A stretch of 64,000 bases of DNA from an uncultured beta proteobacterium (GTDB lineage: Bacteria > Pseudomonadota > Gammaproteobacteria > Burkholderiales > Methylophilaceae), in the NCBI GenBank assembly GCA_963752495.1, contig CAVVYJ010000002.1, positions 250,910 through 314,909 of the forward strand, read 5' to 3'. This document shows positions 51,445 to 64,000 of this stretch, piece by piece. A program made the translations under genes and the position numbers. The notes under the pieces are model-generated. The model searched no databases, had not been told where the DNA came from, and saw only the letters and a program-made list of their open reading frames with translations. Within the stretch, counting starts at the first letter, position 1. Every line of letters starts with the position of its first letter.

Positions 51445-51980
51445 TGAGTATGCGTTGGTATGCAGTCCAAGCTTTTTCCGGGATGGAAAAATCAGTAAAA
51501 GCAGCACTGGAAGAGCGCATTTTGCGTTCGGATTTACAAGATAAGTTCGGTGACATTTTAGTGCCTGTTGAAGAAGTTATTGAGATGAAGTCGGGCGTTA
51601 AAAAAATCAGCGAGCGCAGACTTTATCCAGGCTACGTGCTTGTTCAAATGGATATGACAGATGACAGCTGGCATCTGGTAAAAAGTACACCACGTGTAAC
51701 CGCTTTTATTGGGGGTAGTGCGCAAAAGCCAACACCAATAAAAGATAAAGAAGTAGAAATTATTCTGCAGCGGATGGATGACAGTAAATCGAACCCAACG
51801 CAAAAAATGACCTTCGAAAAAGGTGAATCTGTACGAGTTATTGACGGCCCGTTCAAGGATTTCTCTGGTGCAGTTGAAGAAGTTAACTATGAAAAAAGCA
51901 AATTGCGTGTTTCGGTTTCTATTTTTGGTCGTGCAACACCAGTGGAGCTCGACTTTAGTCAAATCGAAAAAGAAGTTTAG
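51444..51980 (+). CDS. nusG: transcription termination/antitermination factor NusG
   Basis: [16 protein letters not shown]... with a KOW motif near the C-terminus. It has a TAATG overlap with secE; the track ORF from 51309 is an upstream extension. Confidence 0.93.
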   Translation: MSMRWYAVQAFSGMEKSVKAALEERILRSDLQDKFGDILVPVEEVIEMKSGVKKISERRLYPGYVLVQMDMTDDSWHLVKSTPRVTAFIGGSAQKPTPIKDKEVEIILQRMDDSKSNPTQKMTFEKGESVRVIDGPFKDFSGAVEEVNYEKSKLRVSVSIFGRATPVELDFSQIEKEV

Positions 51981-52050
51981 TACTATTTAGTTGTTAAACC
52001 GAGGAGCTTTAAGCGATTAAAGCGTTTGTACTCACTTAAGGAGCATTGAA

Positions 52051-52482
52051 ATGGCAAAAAAAGTCATTGGCTACATTAAACTGCAGATTCCTGCAGGCAA
52101 AGCCAATCCAAGCCCGCCGGTCGGTCCGGCTTTGGGTCAGCGTGGTTTAAATATTATGGAATTCTGTAAAGCGTTCAATGCTGCAACACAAGGCATGGAG
52201 CCAGGTTTGCCGATTCCTGTAGTCATTACAGCGTTTGCTGATAAGAGTTTTACTTTTATCATGAAAACGCCACCAGCGACAATTCTAATTAAAAAAGCTG
52301 CGAAAATCGAAAAAGGATCTCCACGTCCACATACCGATAAAGTAGGCAAAATTACACGCAAACAAGCGGAAGAAATTGCTACAACAAAAATGCCAGATCT
52401 GACGGCGGCCGATATGGACGCCGCAGTGCGTACCATTGCAGGTAGCGCACGAAGCATGGGTATTGAAGTGGAGGGTGCATAA
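52051..52482 (+). CDS. rplK: 50S ribosomal protein L11
   Basis: 143 aa, [32 protein letters not shown]. Confidence 0.97.
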   Translation: MAKKVIGYIKLQIPAGKANPSPPVGPALGQRGLNIMEFCKAFNAATQGMEPGLPIPVVITAFADKSFTFIMKTPPATILIKKAAKIEKGSPRPHTDKVGKITRKQAEEIATTKMPDLTAADMDAAVRTIAGSARSMGIEVEGA

Positions 52483-52483
52483 C

Positions 52484-53167
52484 ATGGCTAAAAGAATAGA
52501 TGCATTGCGCGCAAAAATTGACCGCGATAAATTGTACCCAGTAGCAGAAGCGTTTGCTTTGATTAAAGAAGGCGCAAAAGTTAAATTTGATGAATCTGTA
52601 GATGCGGTGATTAATCTAGGTATTGATGCACGTAAATCAGACCAATTGATTCGCGGCGCCCTTGTATTGCCAAATGGCACAGGCAAGACCACGCGTGTTG
52701 CGGTATTTGCGCAAGGTGCGGCTGCTGAAGCGGCTAAAGCTGCTGGTGCGGATATCGTAGGTTTTGAAGATTTGGCTGAAAAAGTAAAAGCTGGCTTCCT
52801 AGATTTTGATGTAGCGATTGCAACGCCAGATGCGATGCGTATCGTTGGTACGCTTGGTCAGGTTTTGGGCCCACGTGGTTTAATGCCAAATCCGAAAGTC
52901 GGCACGGTAACACCAGATGCAGCTGCGGCAGTTAAAAATGCAAAGGCTGGACAAGTGCAATATCGTACTGATAAAGGCGGAATCGTACATTGCACCATTG
53001 GTCGTGCGTCTTTTACAGTTGAGCAATTGCAAGGTAACTTGGCCGCGTTGGTAGAGGCGATTAACAAAGCAAAACCAGCATCCTCAAAAGGCGTATTCCT
53101 TAAGAAACTATCGGTTTCTAGCACCATGGGTGCAGGCGTGCGCATTGATCAGGCGACGGTTGCGTAA
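52484..53167 (+). CDS. rplA: 50S ribosomal protein L1
   Basis: [11 protein letters not shown]... The ATG at 52484 lies 1 nt after the rplK stop; the track ORF from 52436 is an extension. Confidence 0.96.
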   Translation: MAKRIDALRAKIDRDKLYPVAEAFALIKEGAKVKFDESVDAVINLGIDARKSDQLIRGALVLPNGTGKTTRVAVFAQGAAAEAAKAAGADIVGFEDLAEKVKAGFLDFDVAIATPDAMRIVGTLGQVLGPRGLMPNPKVGTVTPDAAAAVKNAKAGQVQYRTDKGGIVHCTIGRASFTVEQLQGNLAALVEAINKAKPASSKGVFLKKLSVSSTMGAGVRIDQATVA

Positions 53168-53461
53168 GATTTATGAGCTGCTGAAAAGTGGCTCAAATAA
53201 GAACTTTGGGCTTGCTACCTTGAAGCTAAGGCAGCAAGAGCATCAAAGACCGCGGGTATCCGAGAGGATTTAATTGGCGCGGATGAATGATGGGTGAGTG
53301 GGGTGGTTTGTTTCCTCTCTCCTCTGTTGTAAATCCACAATAACCAGCGTAGATGGCGAACCCGATACAGGATATGTTGTTGAGATATGCCCTGAATAAG
53401 GACGCCGTGAGTGGTACAAAGCCTATGTTTTGTACTTTCATTAACGGAAGGAGAAAAGACC
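53168..53461 (+). promoter_or_regulatory. rplJ leader region (expected site of L10-L12 autoregulation)
   Basis: A 294-nt untranslated gap before rplJ, GC-richer than other spacers. Assignment is by position, by analogy with E. coli; no structure was computed. Confidence 0.45.
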
Positions 53462-53950
53462 TTGAGTCTTAATTTAACAGAGAAAAAAGCAGTAGTTGCT
53501 GAAGTTAGTGAGCAGGTCGCTAAAGCGCAGGCAATTGTTCTCGCTGAGTATCGCGGCATGGGCGTAGCAGACATGACCGTATTACGTGTAGAAGCACGAA
53601 AATCAGGCGTTTATTTACGTGTTCTTAAAAACACGTTGGTACGTCGTGCCGTTGAAGGCACTGCATTTTCAGGCTTGGCAAATGATATGGTGGGTCCGTT
53701 GGTGTTCGGTATTTCTACCGACCCAGTTTCAGCCGCAAAAGTGATGAACAATTTTGCAAAAGCAAACGATAAATTCGTGATTAAAGCAGGCGCAATGCCA
53801 AATAATGTGATGAATGCCGCAGGCGTTCAAGCATTGGCATCTATGCTCAGTCGCGAAGAGTTGTTGGCTAAATTTGCACGTACCCTCAACGAGGTGCCAA
53901 CTAAGTTTGCACGTGCGTTGGCAGCGGTTCGTGATGCTAAAGCAGCTTAA
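53462..53950 (+). CDS. rplJ: 50S ribosomal protein L10
   Basis: TTG start after ggaaggag. [19 protein letters not shown]... aligns with E. coli MALNLQDKQAIVAEV. Confidence 0.93.
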   Translation: MSLNLTEKKAVVAEVSEQVAKAQAIVLAEYRGMGVADMTVLRVEARKSGVYLRVLKNTLVRRAVEGTAFSGLANDMVGPLVFGISTDPVSAAKVMNNFAKANDKFVIKAGAMPNNVMNAAGVQALASMLSREELLAKFARTLNEVPTKFARALAAVRDAKAA

Positions 53951-53987
53951 TTTTACAACTACATATTTAATTTAAGGACTAAACAAA

Positions 53988-54371
53988 ATGGCAATTTCAA
54001 ATGCAGATATTTTAGATGCAGTAGGTAGCATGTCAGTGATGGAGTTATCAGCGCTGATTAAAGAAATCGAAGAAAAATTTGGTGTTTCAGCAGCAGCGGT
54101 TGCGGTAGCAGCAGGCGGCGGTGCAGCAGGTGGCGCTCCAGCGGCAGCGGCAGCAGAGCAAACTGAATTCACTGTAATGCTGTTAACAGCAGGTGAGCAA
54201 AAAGTAAGTGTTATTAAAGCAGTGCGTGAATTAACGGGACTTGGCTTGAAAGAAGCTAAAGACTTGGTAGATGGCGCACCAAAAGCAATTAAAGAAGGCG
54301 TAAACAAAGCTGATGCAGATGCAGCATTGAAAAAATTGATTGAAGCTGGCGCAACTGGCGAAATCAAATAA
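53988..54371 (+). CDS. rplL: 50S ribosomal protein L7/L12
   Basis: 127 aa with an Ala/Gly hinge and the C-terminal domain [24 protein letters not shown]. Confidence 0.97.
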   Translation: MAISNADILDAVGSMSVMELSALIKEIEEKFGVSAAAVAVAAGGGAAGGAPAAAAAEQTEFTVMLLTAGEQKVSVIKAVRELTGLGLKEAKDLVDGAPKAIKEGVNKADADAALKKLIEAGATGEIK

Positions 54372-54393
54372 TTCATTTGTTTGAATGTGGCAG

Positions 54394-54427
54394 GGCTGAC
54401 GGGAAACCGTCAGCCTTCGCCGTTTTT
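54394..54427 (+). terminator. rplL-rpoB intercistronic hairpin (attenuator-type terminator)
   Basis: 9-bp stem ggctgacgg / ccgtcagcc with a GAAA tetraloop, then ttcgccgttttt. It occupies the position of the known partial terminator in E. coli. Confidence 0.75.
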
Positions 54428-54553
54428 AAAGCAGTCGTATTTGTAACAAAATGTAACTTTAAAACTTATTAAAAAACAAGAAGTTAGAAATCAAAACATT
54501 GCAGTGGATGAAAAGTGTTTTGTCTTCTACCCTCAAAAATATCAGGAGACGCT

Positions 54554-57500
54554 ATGAGCTATTCCTTTACCGAAAAAAAACGCATTCGTAAAAGCTTCGC
54601 AAAACGCGAAAGTGTGCAAGAAGTGCCGTATTTGCTTGCGATGCAATTGGAATCCTACAAAGCCTTTTTACAAGCCGATACTGCACCAGACAAGCGCCTA
54701 AGTGAAGGCTTGGAGTCAACATTCAGTTCAGTTTTCCCAATCGTTAGCCATTCTGGTAATGCGCGCTTGGATTATGTGAGCTATCAGTTAGGTGCTGAGC
54801 CCTTTGATGTTAAAGAATGTCAGCAACGTGGATTGACTTACGCAGCACCTATCCGTGTAAAAGTGCGTTTGACGATTATGGATAAAGAGGCTTCGAAGCC
54901 TACGGTGAAGGAAGTTAAAGAGCAAGAAGTGTACATGGGCGAGTTGCCATTGATGACTGAAAATGGCTCGTTTGTGATTAATGGTACCGAGCGTGTGATT
55001 GTTTCGCAATTGCATCGTAGTCCAGGTGTGTTCTTTGAGCATGACCGTGGTAAAACGCATAGCTCAGGTAAATTGTTGTTCTCCGCACGGATTATTCCTT
55101 ACCGTGGCTCTTGGCTCGACTTTGAGTTCGACCCTAAAGACTACTTGTACTTCCGTGTTGACCGCCGCCGTAAAATGCCAGTGACAATCTTGCTAAAAGC
55201 GCTTGGCTATACACCAGAGCAAATTTTAGAAACGTTTGGTGATACAGATACATTTGATATTGGGCCTAAAGGCGTTGAATTTACGCTAGTAGCTGACCGC
55301 CTGCGTGGTGAAGTGGCGAAATTTGATATTGCCGATGCAAAAGGCAATGTGCTGGTTGCAAAAGATAAACGCATCACAGTAAAACATATCCGTGATATCG
55401 AAAAAGCAGGGGTTACTAAAATCTCTGTTCCAACTGATTTTATATTAGGCCGTGCCATTGTTAAAAACATCGTTGACAAAGAAACGGGTGAAATCGTTGC
55501 TAATGCCAATGATGAAATCACCGAAACTTTGCTTGAGAAACTTGTTGCTGCAAAAGTAACGAGTATTGATACGCTTTATTCAAATGACTTGGATCATGGT
55601 GATTTTATCTCGCAAACCTTGCGTATTGATGAAATCCCAGACCAATACAGTGCTCGCGTAGCGATTTACCGCATGATGCGTCCAGGCGAGCCGCCAACAG
55701 AAGACGCAGTTGAAGCTTTATTTAACGGACTCTTCTTTAATGAGGATCGTTATGATTTGTCAGTAGTAGGCCGCATGAAGTTTAATCGTCGCGCATACCC
55801 AAACAAATTGGAAGAACGCGGTGCTAACTGGATGCGCAAGTTTTATGAGCGCGTGGGTACGCAAGGCGACACAGGTTCAAACGTGCTGTCAAATGACGAC
55901 ATATTAGCTGTAGTAGGTGTGCTGATTGAATTGCGCAATGGTCATGGAGAGATTGATGATATCGATCACTTGGGTAATCGCCGTATTCGCTCAGTAGGTG
56001 AATTGGCTGAGAATCAGTTCCGTGCGGGCTTGGTACGTGTAGAGCGCGCAGTGAAAGAGCGTTTAAGCCAAGCGGAATCAGATAATCTGATGCCGCATGA
56101 TTTGATTAACGCGAAACCAGTTTCTAGCGCGATACGTGAATTCTTTGGCTCAAGCCAACTCTCACAATTTATGGATCAGACCAATCCATTATCGGAAATT
56201 ACGCATAAACGTCGTATTTCTGCACTTAGGCCCAGGTGGCTTAACGCGTGAACGTGCAGGCTTTGAGGTGCGTGACGTGCATACAACACACTATGGTCGT
56301 GTATGTCCGATTGAAACGCCGGAAGGTCCGAACATTGGTTTGATTAACTCACTCGCATTGTTTGCGCGTACTAATCAATATGGCTTTTTGGAAACACCGT
56401 ACCGTCGTGTAGATGACAACAAGGTGACTGCAAAAATTGACTATTTGTCAGCTATCGAAGAAAGTCAGTTCATGATTGCGCAAGCAAATACAGAGCTGGA
56501 CAGCAAAGGTGGTTTTAAAGAAGAGCTCGTGTCTTCACGTCATCACAATGAGTTTACGATGACGCAACCGGATCGTGTGCAGTACATGGACGTTGCGCCG
56601 AGCCAAATTGTTTCTGTTGCAGCTTCGCTTATTCCATTTCTGGAACACGATGACGCGAACCGTGCATTGATGGGTGCGAACATGCAACGTCAAGCAGTGC
56701 CGTGCTTGCGCGCTGAGAAAGCCGTTGTAGGTACTGGTATCGAACGTACTGTTGCGATTGACTCTGGAACAATCGTGCAAGCACGCCGCGGTGGCCTAGT
56801 GGATTATGTTGACTCCAGCCGTATAGTGGTGCGTGTGCATGATGCTGAAGCCAAAGCCGGTGAAGTGGGTGTGGACATTTATAACCTCACCAAATATACG
56901 CGTTCTAACCAAAATACCAATATCAACCAACGTCCGCTTGTTAAAGTGGGCGATACGTTGGTGCGTGGTGATGTGATTGCCGATGGTGCATCCACAGACA
57001 TGGGTGAGTTGGCTTTAGGTCAAAACATGTTGGTTGGCTTTATGCCATGGAACGGCTACAACTTCGAAGACTCTATTTTAATTTCAGAGCGCGTGGTGGC
57101 AGATGATCGCTATACTTCAATACATATTGAAGAGCTCTCAGTGGTTGCTCGTGACACTAAATTAGGCGCTGAGGAAATTACTCAAGATATTTCAAACTTG
57201 AGCGAGCGCATGCTTGGTCGTTTGGATGAATCAGGCATTATCTATATTGGTGCTGAAGTTGAGGCTGGCGATGTGTTGGTGGGTAAAGTGACACCAAAAG
57301 GTGAAACGCAATTGACCCCAGAAGAGAAATTGCTTCGTGCAATTTTTGGTGAAAAAGCATCTGATGTTAAAGACACTAGCTTACGTGTGCCTTCAGGTAT
57401 GAGCGGTACAGTTATCGATGTGCAAGTGTTTACGCGAGAAGGCATTGACCGTGACGCACGTGCCCAACAAATCATTGAAGACCAACTAGCACACTATAAG

Positions 57501-58727
57501 CAAGATTTAGCTGACCAAATGCGTATTGTTGAGGACGATGCCTTTGGACGTATTCGTCGTTTACTTGAAGGTAAAGCTGCAACTGGCGGCCCGAATAAGC
57601 TGAAAAAAGGCGAGACCTTGAGCGCTGAATATTTAGATTCGGTTGGCCGTTACGATTGGTTTGATATTCGCTTATCAGACGAAGAAGCAGCGCGTCAGTT
57701 AGAGCAGTTGAAGGATAGCTTGGCAGCCGCACGTGTGCAGTTTGATAATAAGTTCGAAGAGAAAAAACGTAAATTGACACAAGGTGACGAATTGCCACCA
57801 GGTGTACAAAAAATGGTTAAAGTTTACTTGGCAGTTAAACGTCGTATTCAGCCTGGTGACAAAATGGCGGGTCGTCATGGTAACAAGGGTGTGGTTTCAA
57901 AAATATGCCCAGTGGAAGATATGCCACACATGGCCGATGGTACGCCATTAGACATCGTCTTGAACCCGCTTGGCGTTCCTTCACGGATGAACATTGGTCA
58001 GATCTTAGAAGTGCATTTGGGATGGGCTGCTAAGGGATTAGGTCTACGCATTACAGAGATGTTGCAGGCAGAAGCCAAAGTGGCTGAACTGCGTAAGTTC
58101 TTGGAACAAATCTACAATGACAGCACAGGTAAAAAAGAAGAGATCAAATCTCTCACCGACGTTGAAGTATTGGATTTAGCACATAACTTACAAAACGGTG
58201 TACCGTTCGCAACGCCAGTATTCGATGGTGCGGCAGAGTCTGACATTAAAGCCATGCTCGATTTGGCTTTTCCGGATGATGATGATCGCACCAAGCAATT
58301 GCAGTTCCATGCGGGCAAAACACAAGTGAGCTTGTTTGATGGACGTACAGGCGATAAGTTTGAGCGTCCTGTGACTGTAGGCTACATGCATGTATTGAAA
58401 TTGCATCACTTGGTGGATGACAAAATGCACGCACGTTCAACTGGCCCATACAGCTTGGTCACGCAACAACCGTTGGGTGGTAAAGCACAATTCGGTGGTC
58501 AACGTTTCGGTGAGATGGAGGTTTGGGCGCTTGAAGCTTATGGCGCATCTTACACCTTGCAAGAGATGCTTACTGTTAAGTCAGATGACGTCAACGGCCG
58601 CACTAAAGTGTACGAAAATATTGTTAAGGGCGAACATAAAATTGATGCCGGAATGCCGGAATCATTTAATGTGTTGGTGAAAGAAATTCGTTCACTTGCT
58701 ATCGACATCGACCTAGACCGTAATTAA
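54554..58727 (+). pseudogene. rpoB: RNA polymerase beta subunit, frame broken by an apparent 1-nt insertion (A at 56228)
   Basis: ATG 54554 after aggaga gives [15 protein letters not shown]... The frame runs to ...[19 protein letters not shown], and the next frame continues [18 protein letters not shown]... to stop 58727. Deleting A56228 restores RRISALGPGGL. Confidence 0.92.
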
Positions 58728-58744
58728 TTGAGGAGAGAATTCAC

Positions 58745-61700
58745 ATGAAAGCTCTATTAGACTTATTTAAACAGGTAACGCAAGAAGAAGAATTTGACGC
58801 GATTAAGATCGCGTTGGCTTCACCTGAAAAAATCCGCTCATGGTCGTATGGTGAAGTGAAAAAGCCAGAAACCATTAACTACCGTACTTTCAAACCTGAG
58901 CGTGATGGCTTGTTCTGCGCAAAAATCTTTGGTCCAATCAAAGATTACGAATGTTTGTGCGGTAAATATAAACGCTTAAAACATCGTGGTGTGATTTGCG
59001 AAAAATGTGGCGTGGAAGTCACATTATCAAAAGTGCGTCGCGAACGCATGGGTCATATTGACCTCGCTTCACCTGTTGCGCACATTTGGTTCTTGAAATC
59101 ATTACCAAGCCGTCTTGGTATGGTGCTGGATATTGCTTTGCGTGATATCGAACGCGTATTGTATTTTGAAGCATTTATTGTTGTAGATCCTGGCATGACG
59201 CCGCTTACACGTGGTCAGCTGCTGACAGAAGATGACTATCTGGCCAAAGTAGAAGAATATGGTGATGAGTTCAATGCTGTAATGGGTGCTGAGGCTGTGC
59301 GAGAGTTATTGCGCACTATGGATATTCATAGAGAGATTGAAGTGTTGCGCCAAGATTTATCTGATACTGGCTCTGAAGCCAAAATCAAGAAAATCGCAAA
59401 GCGGTTGAAAGTGCTGGAAGCATTCCAAAAATCTGGCATTAAGCCAGAGTGGATGATTCTTGAAATCTTGCCAGTGTTGCCACCAGAATTGCGCCCATTG
59501 GTGCCTTTGGACGGCGGTCGTTTTGCGACATCTGACTTAAACGATTTGTATCGTCGTGTGATTAACCGTAACAACCGTTTGAAACGTTTGTTAGAGTTAA
59601 AAGCACCAGAAATCATCGTACGTAATGAAAAACGTATGTTGCAAGAGGCGGTGGACTCATTATTAGACAACGGTCGTCGCGGTAAGGTAATGACTGGTGC
59701 CAATAAGCGTCCGTTAAAATCACTCGCAGATATGATTAAAGGTAAAGGCGGTCGCTTCCGTCAAAACTTGTTGGGTAAACGTGTGGACTACTCAGGCCGT
59801 TCAGTGATTGTGGTGGGCCCTCAACTTAAACTGCATCAATGTGGTTTACCGAAGAAAATGGCATTAGAGTTGTTCAAACCATTCATATTCCATAAATTGG
59901 AAGTGTTGGGCTTGGCTACAACAATTAAGGCGGCGAAGAAGAAAGTAGAAGAAGAAGGGCCAGAAGTTTGGGATATCTTAGAAGATGTGATTCGCGAGCA
60001 TCCAGTATTGCTAAACCGTGCACCAACGCTTCACCGTTTAGGTATTCAAGCATTTGAACCGGTGCTGATTGAAGGTAAAGCTATTCAATTGCACCCACTA
60101 GTTTGCGCGGCGTTCAACGCCGACTTCGATGGTGACCAAATGGCGGTTCACGTTCCATTGAGCCTAGAGGCACAAATGGAAGCACGCACTTTGATGTTGG
60201 CATCAAACAATGTATTGTCGCCAGCTAACGGTGAACCAATCATTGTGCCTTCACAAGATATCGTGTTGGGTCTTTACTACATGACGCGTGACAAGATCGC
60301 TGCGCGTGGTGAGGGCATGCGCTTTAGCGATGTGAAGGAAGTGCAACGTGTGTTCGATCAGGGTTTGATTGATTTGCATGCAAAAGTGACAGTACGTATT
60401 AAAGAATACGAACTCGACCTTGATGGTAACAAAACCGAGAAAACTAATCGTTACGAAACTACGGTTGGACGCGCTTTATTATCGGAAATTCTTCCGCAGG
60501 GTCTAGCGTTTAGTTATATTGATAAAGCGTTGAAAAAGAAAGAAATTTCAAAACTCATCAATGCATCATTCCGCAAAGTGGGTATCCGCGAAACGGTGAT
60601 TTTTGCCGATAGATTGATGTACACAGGCTACAGTTATGCGACTAAAGCGGGTATTTCTATTTCGATTAACGATATGCTTGTACCGCCAGAAAAAGAGCAA
60701 TTGATTTCTGCAGCAGAGGGTGAAGTTAAAGAAATTGAAGACCAATATGTTTCTGGTCTGGTGACACAAGGTGAGCGCTATAACAAGGTAGTGGATATCT
60801 GGGGTCGTGCAGGCGACAAAGTGGCGGATGCCATGATGAAACAATTGCGCGAAGAGGCTGTGCTTGATGTTGATGGCAAACAAGCTAAAGATGAATCTGG
60901 TAAAGCCTTACGTCAAGAATCGTTTAACGCAATTTACATGATGGCGGATTCCGGTGCGCGAGGTTCTGCTGCACAGGTGCGTCAGCTTGCTGGTATGCGT
61001 GGATTGATGGCGAAACCGGATGGTTCGATTATTGAAACGCCCATTAAAGCTAACTTCCGCGAAGGCTTGAATGTTCTGCAGTACTTTATTTCAACCCACG
61101 GCGCACGTAAGGGCTTGGCTGATACGGCGTTGAAAACGGCTAACTCAGGTTACTTAACCCGCCGTTTGGTGGATGTCACGCAAGATTTGGTGGTTACTGA
61201 GTTGGATTGCGGTACGAACGAGGGTCTGGTCACTAAAGCGCTGATTAAGGGCGGAGAAGTGGTTGAGCCTTTGCATGATCGTATTTTAGGCCGCACAGCT
61301 GCGCTCGATGTGATTCACCCAGAAACACAAGAAGTGATTTACCCAGCAGGCACTTTACTAGGCGAAGATGAAGTTGAAAAAATCGATGCTTTAGGTATTG
61401 ATGAAGTTAAAGTGCGCACGGCGCTTACATGTGACACCCGTTATGGTATATGTGCTAAATGCTATGGTCGTGACTTGGGCCGTGGCAAGCTAATCAGCAT
61501 GGGTGAAGCTGTTGGTGTGATTGCGGCACAATCGATTGGCGAACCTGGTACACAGTTGACGATGCGTACGTTCCACATCGGTGGTGCAGTATCGCGCGCT
61601 GCGTCAATCAGTCAAATTGAAAGTAAATCTAACGGTACTTTAAGTTTTACTTCGACGATGCGCTATGTAACCAATGCGCGTAACGAGCAAGTGGTAATTT

Positions 61701-63049
61701 CTCGTAACGGCGAAGTAATCGTTGTAGATGACAACACGGGTCGTGAGCGTGAGCGTCATAAAGTGCCATATGGTGCAACATTGACGGTTATGGATGGCAA
61801 AGCTGTTAAAGCAGGGCAAACCCTTGCAACTTGGGATCCGCATACGCGTCCAATCATTACCGAGTATTCAGGTCAGGTGAAGTTTGAAAACGTGGAAGAA
61901 GGTATTACCGTTGCCAAACAAATCGATGAAGTAACTGGCTTGTCATCCTTGGTAGTAATCGATCCTAAACAGCGTGCTGGTCAATCTAAAGGGTTGCGTC
62001 CACAAATTAAACTGTTAGATGCAACTGGTAACGAAGTGAAGATTGCTGGTAGCGATTTGTCTGTAAATGTGACCTTCCAGTTGGGTTGTATTATTACCGT
62101 GAAAGATGGTCAGGATGTTGGTGTGGGTGAAGTGATTGCACGTATTCCGCAAGAATCATCCAAAACTCGCGATATTACCGGTGGTTTGCCGCGTGTGGCT
62201 GAATTGTTCGAAGCGCGCTCACCAAAAGATGCCGGTATGCTTGCAGAAGTAACGGGTACCGTTTCATTCGGTAAAGACACCAAAGGTAAGCAGCGCTTGG
62301 TGATTACAGATTTAGATGGCGTTTCGAGCGAGTTCTTGATTGCTAAAGACAAACACGTAACAGCACATGATGGTCAAGTTGTGACTAAAGGTGAAACGAT
62401 TGTGGATGGTCCAGCCGATCCGCAAGATATTTTACGCCTGCAAGGTCGCGAGGCGCTTGCGCGTTATGTGATTGATGAAGTGCAAGATGTGTATCGTTTA
62501 CAGGGCGTTAAGATTAATGACAAACACATTGAAGTGATTGTGCGCCAAATGTTGCGCCGTGTACGAATTACCGATGCGGGTGACACCGGCTTTATTCAAG
62601 GTGAGCAAGTAGAGCGTGCAGACGTGTTGGCTGAGAATGAAAAAGTAGTTGCACAAGACAAACGTCCAGCGGTATTTGAGTATGTGTTGCTCGGTATTAC
62701 CAAGGCGTCATTGTCGACTGATTCATTTATTTCAGCGGCATCGTTCCAAGAAACTACTCGCGTCCTAACTGAGGCTGCAATCTTAGGCAAACGAGATGAT
62801 CTGCGCGGCTTGAAAGAAAACGTGATTGTAGGTCGCTTAATTCCAGCAGGTACGGGATTGGCATATCATGAAACACGTAAACAAAAAGCCTTGGGTCTGA
62901 CAGAAGGCCCTAGTGCGGCGGCTGTAGCGGCGGAAGAATTGTTTGCTACACAAGCAAGTGAAGAAGCGCCAGTTGCGGATGAAGGCGTAGCGGTAGATAC
63001 AACGGCGAATACTGAAACAACGCCTAATGTTGAGGCCGCGGCAGAGTAA
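58745..63049 (+). CDS. rpoC: RNA polymerase beta' subunit
   Basis: 1434 aa with zinc-finger Cys residues (CLCGKYK...CEKCG) and the catalytic NADFDGD. Confidence 0.98.
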   Translation: MKALLDLFKQVTQEEEFDAIKIALASPEKIRSWSYGEVKKPETINYRTFKPERDGLFCAKIFGPIKDYECLCGKYKRLKHRGVICEKCGVEVTLSKVRRERMGHIDLASPVAHIWFLKSLPSRLGMVLDIALRDIERVLYFEAFIVVDPGMTPLTRGQLLTEDDYLAKVEEYGDEFNAVMGAEAVRELLRTMDIHREIEVLRQDLSDTGSEAKIKKIAKRLKVLEAFQKSGIKPEWMILEILPVLPPELRPLVPLDGGRFATSDLNDLYRRVINRNNRLKRLLELKAPEIIVRNEKRMLQEAVDSLLDNGRRGKVMTGANKRPLKSLADMIKGKGGRFRQNLLGKRVDYSGRSVIVVGPQLKLHQCGLPKKMALELFKPFIFHKLEVLGLATTIKAAKKKVEEEGPEVWDILEDVIREHPVLLNRAPTLHRLGIQAFEPVLIEGKAIQLHPLVCAAFNADFDGDQMAVHVPLSLEAQMEARTLMLASNNVLSPANGEPIIVPSQDIVLGLYYMTRDKIAARGEGMRFSDVKEVQRVFDQGLIDLHAKVTVRIKEYELDLDGNKTEKTNRYETTVGRALLSEILPQGLAFSYIDKALKKKEISKLINASFRKVGIRETVIFADRLMYTGYSYATKAGISISINDMLVPPEKEQLISAAEGEVKEIEDQYVSGLVTQGERYNKVVDIWGRAGDKVADAMMKQLREEAVLDVDGKQAKDESGKALRQESFNAIYMMADSGARGSAAQVRQLAGMRGLMAKPDGSIIETPIKANFREGLNVLQYFISTHGARKGLADTALKTANSGYLTRRLVDVTQDLVVTELDCGTNEGLVTKALIKGGEVVEPLHDRILGRTAALDVIHPETQEVIYPAGTLLGEDEVEKIDALGIDEVKVRTALTCDTRYGICAKCYGRDLGRGKLISMGEAVGVIAAQSIGEPGTQLTMRTFHIGGAVSRAASISQIESKSNGTLSFTSTMRYVTNARNEQVVISRNGEVIVVDDNTGRERERHKVPYGATLTVMDGKAVKAGQTLATWDPHTRPIITEYSGQVKFENVEEGITVAKQIDEVTGLSSLVVIDPKQRAGQSKGLRPQIKLLDATGNEVKIAGSDLSVNVTFQLGCIITVKDGQDVGVGEVIARIPQESSKTRDITGGLPRVAELFEARSPKDAGMLAEVTGTVSFGKDTKGKQRLVITDLDGVSSEFLIAKDKHVTAHDGQVVTKGETIVDGPADPQDILRLQGREALARYVIDEVQDVYRLQGVKINDKHIEVIVRQMLRRVRITDAGDTGFIQGEQVERADVLAENEKVVAQDKRPAVFEYVLLGITKASLSTDSFISAASFQETTRVLTEAAILGKRDDLRGLKENVIVGRLIPAGTGLAYHETRKQKALGLTEGPSAAAVAAEELFATQASEEAPVADEGVAVDTTANTETTPNVEAAAE

Positions 63050-63113
63050 TTGAAGTTGTTGTTTTTGTGTCAGGGTTTTAAGTATTTAGGTTTACAAGCT
63101 GACTACTTTTAGC

Positions 63114-63142
63114 TTGACACAAAGACAGCCGCTCCATACAAT
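63114..63142 (+). promoter_or_regulatory. sigma-70 promoter of the rpsL (str) operon
   Basis: TTGACA-17 nt-TACAAT, about 100 nt upstream of the rpsL ATG. Confidence 0.7.
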
Positions 63143-63245
63143 GCTGAGTTTTTCAGAATAGGCTCATTGCCTATTGTGATGTTTTGTTTTCTGTAATATC
63201 TGGGTTTTTGTAATATTTTGAAGAATTTTAAAAGGGTTACCGGCA

Positions 63246-63632
63246 ATGCCAACCATTAATCAGTTAATTCGCAAGCCACGCGCTAAAGTGGTGACAAAAA
63301 GCAAAGTGCCAGCACTTGAAGCTTGCCCACAAAAGCGTGGGGTATGCACGCGTGTTTACACTACAACGCCTAAAAAGCCGAACTCTGCGTTACGTAAAGT
63401 GGCTAAAGTGCGCTTGACTAATGGCTATGAAGTGATTAGCTACATCGGTGGTGAAGGCCATAACCTGCAAGAGCATAGCGTGGTCTTGTTGCGTGGCGGT
63501 CGTGTAAAAGACTTGCCGGGTGTACGTTACCACATGGTGCGCGGTAGTTTGGATACGGCAGGTGTTAAGGATCGTAAACAATCACGTTCAAAATATGGTG
63601 CAAAACGTCCTAAAGAAGGTAAAGCAGCGTAA
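63246..63632 (+). CDS. rpsL: 30S ribosomal protein S12
   Basis: 128 aa, [12 protein letters not shown]...[12 protein letters not shown]. Confidence 0.98.
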   Translation: MPTINQLIRKPRAKVVTKSKVPALEACPQKRGVCTRVYTTTPKKPNSALRKVAKVRLTNGYEVISYIGGEGHNLQEHSVVLLRGGRVKDLPGVRYHMVRGSLDTAGVKDRKQSRSKYGAKRPKEGKAA

Positions 63633-63683
63633 TAATCAGTTAATTTAATGCGGCCATACAGGCCTTGCTAAAGTAGTCGCTAG

Positions 63684-64000
<317 letters not shown>

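Overview
This window looks like core chromosome of a moderate/low-GC betaproteobacterium. It is probably a Methylophilaceae-type methylotroph, inferred from a RuMP-cycle 3-hexulose-6-phosphate synthase gene inside the his operon and from betaproteobacterial gene order. All identifications rest on reading the supplied translations, motifs and synteny from memory; no database search was possible.

Gene content, left to right:
- A PP0621-like small protein, a multi-TM histidine kinase and a sigma-54 response regulator (PilS/PilR-like).
- An ECF sigma factor followed by DUF3619-like, DUF3106-like and RDD-like genes.
- lptG-lptF divergent from pepA-holC.
- One or two Gln/Glu-rich coiled-coil genes of unknown function.
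- A stand-alone gcvH, a PBP7-like endopeptidase, topA, ttcA, an SDR, a MidA-like methyltransferase and trmB.
- An NhaR-like LysR regulator divergent from an HPF-like gene and htpX.
- TerC, an AI-2E transporter, engB and cytochrome c4.
- An orphan multi-TM kinase divergent from an orphan prepilin gene.
- mlaFEDCB, an ABC/ABC-2 pair, a bolA-family gene, grxD and murA.
- hisGDC, hps, hisBHAFIE, a HIT gene and tatABC.
- A DegS-like protease, a Nif3-like gene, petABC and sspAB.
- tRNA Thr-Tyr-Gly-Thr, tuf, tRNA-Trp, secE-nusG-rplKAJL-rpoBC-rpsL and the start of rpsG.

I see no transposase, integrase, prophage, CRISPR array, toxin-antitoxin pair or defence island, and no convincing novel multi-gene system.

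What does stand out:
1. Five clear and one possible single-nucleotide frameshifts in otherwise intact conserved genes: lptF, pepA, ttcA, mlaF, rpoB, and possibly the coiled-coil gene. The rpoB shift sits at the edge of the rifampicin-resistance region. The pattern fits sequence or assembly error better than biology.
2. The hps gene is a self-contained transcription unit inside the his operon. It carries a roughly 105-codon C-terminal extension encoding a TM helix and an Ala/Glu-rich tail.
3. A textbook upstream-site / IHF / sigma-54 promoter lies in front of the orphan prepilin gene.
4. Several candidate operators, plus a tRNA-Thr with C at the near-universal U55 position.
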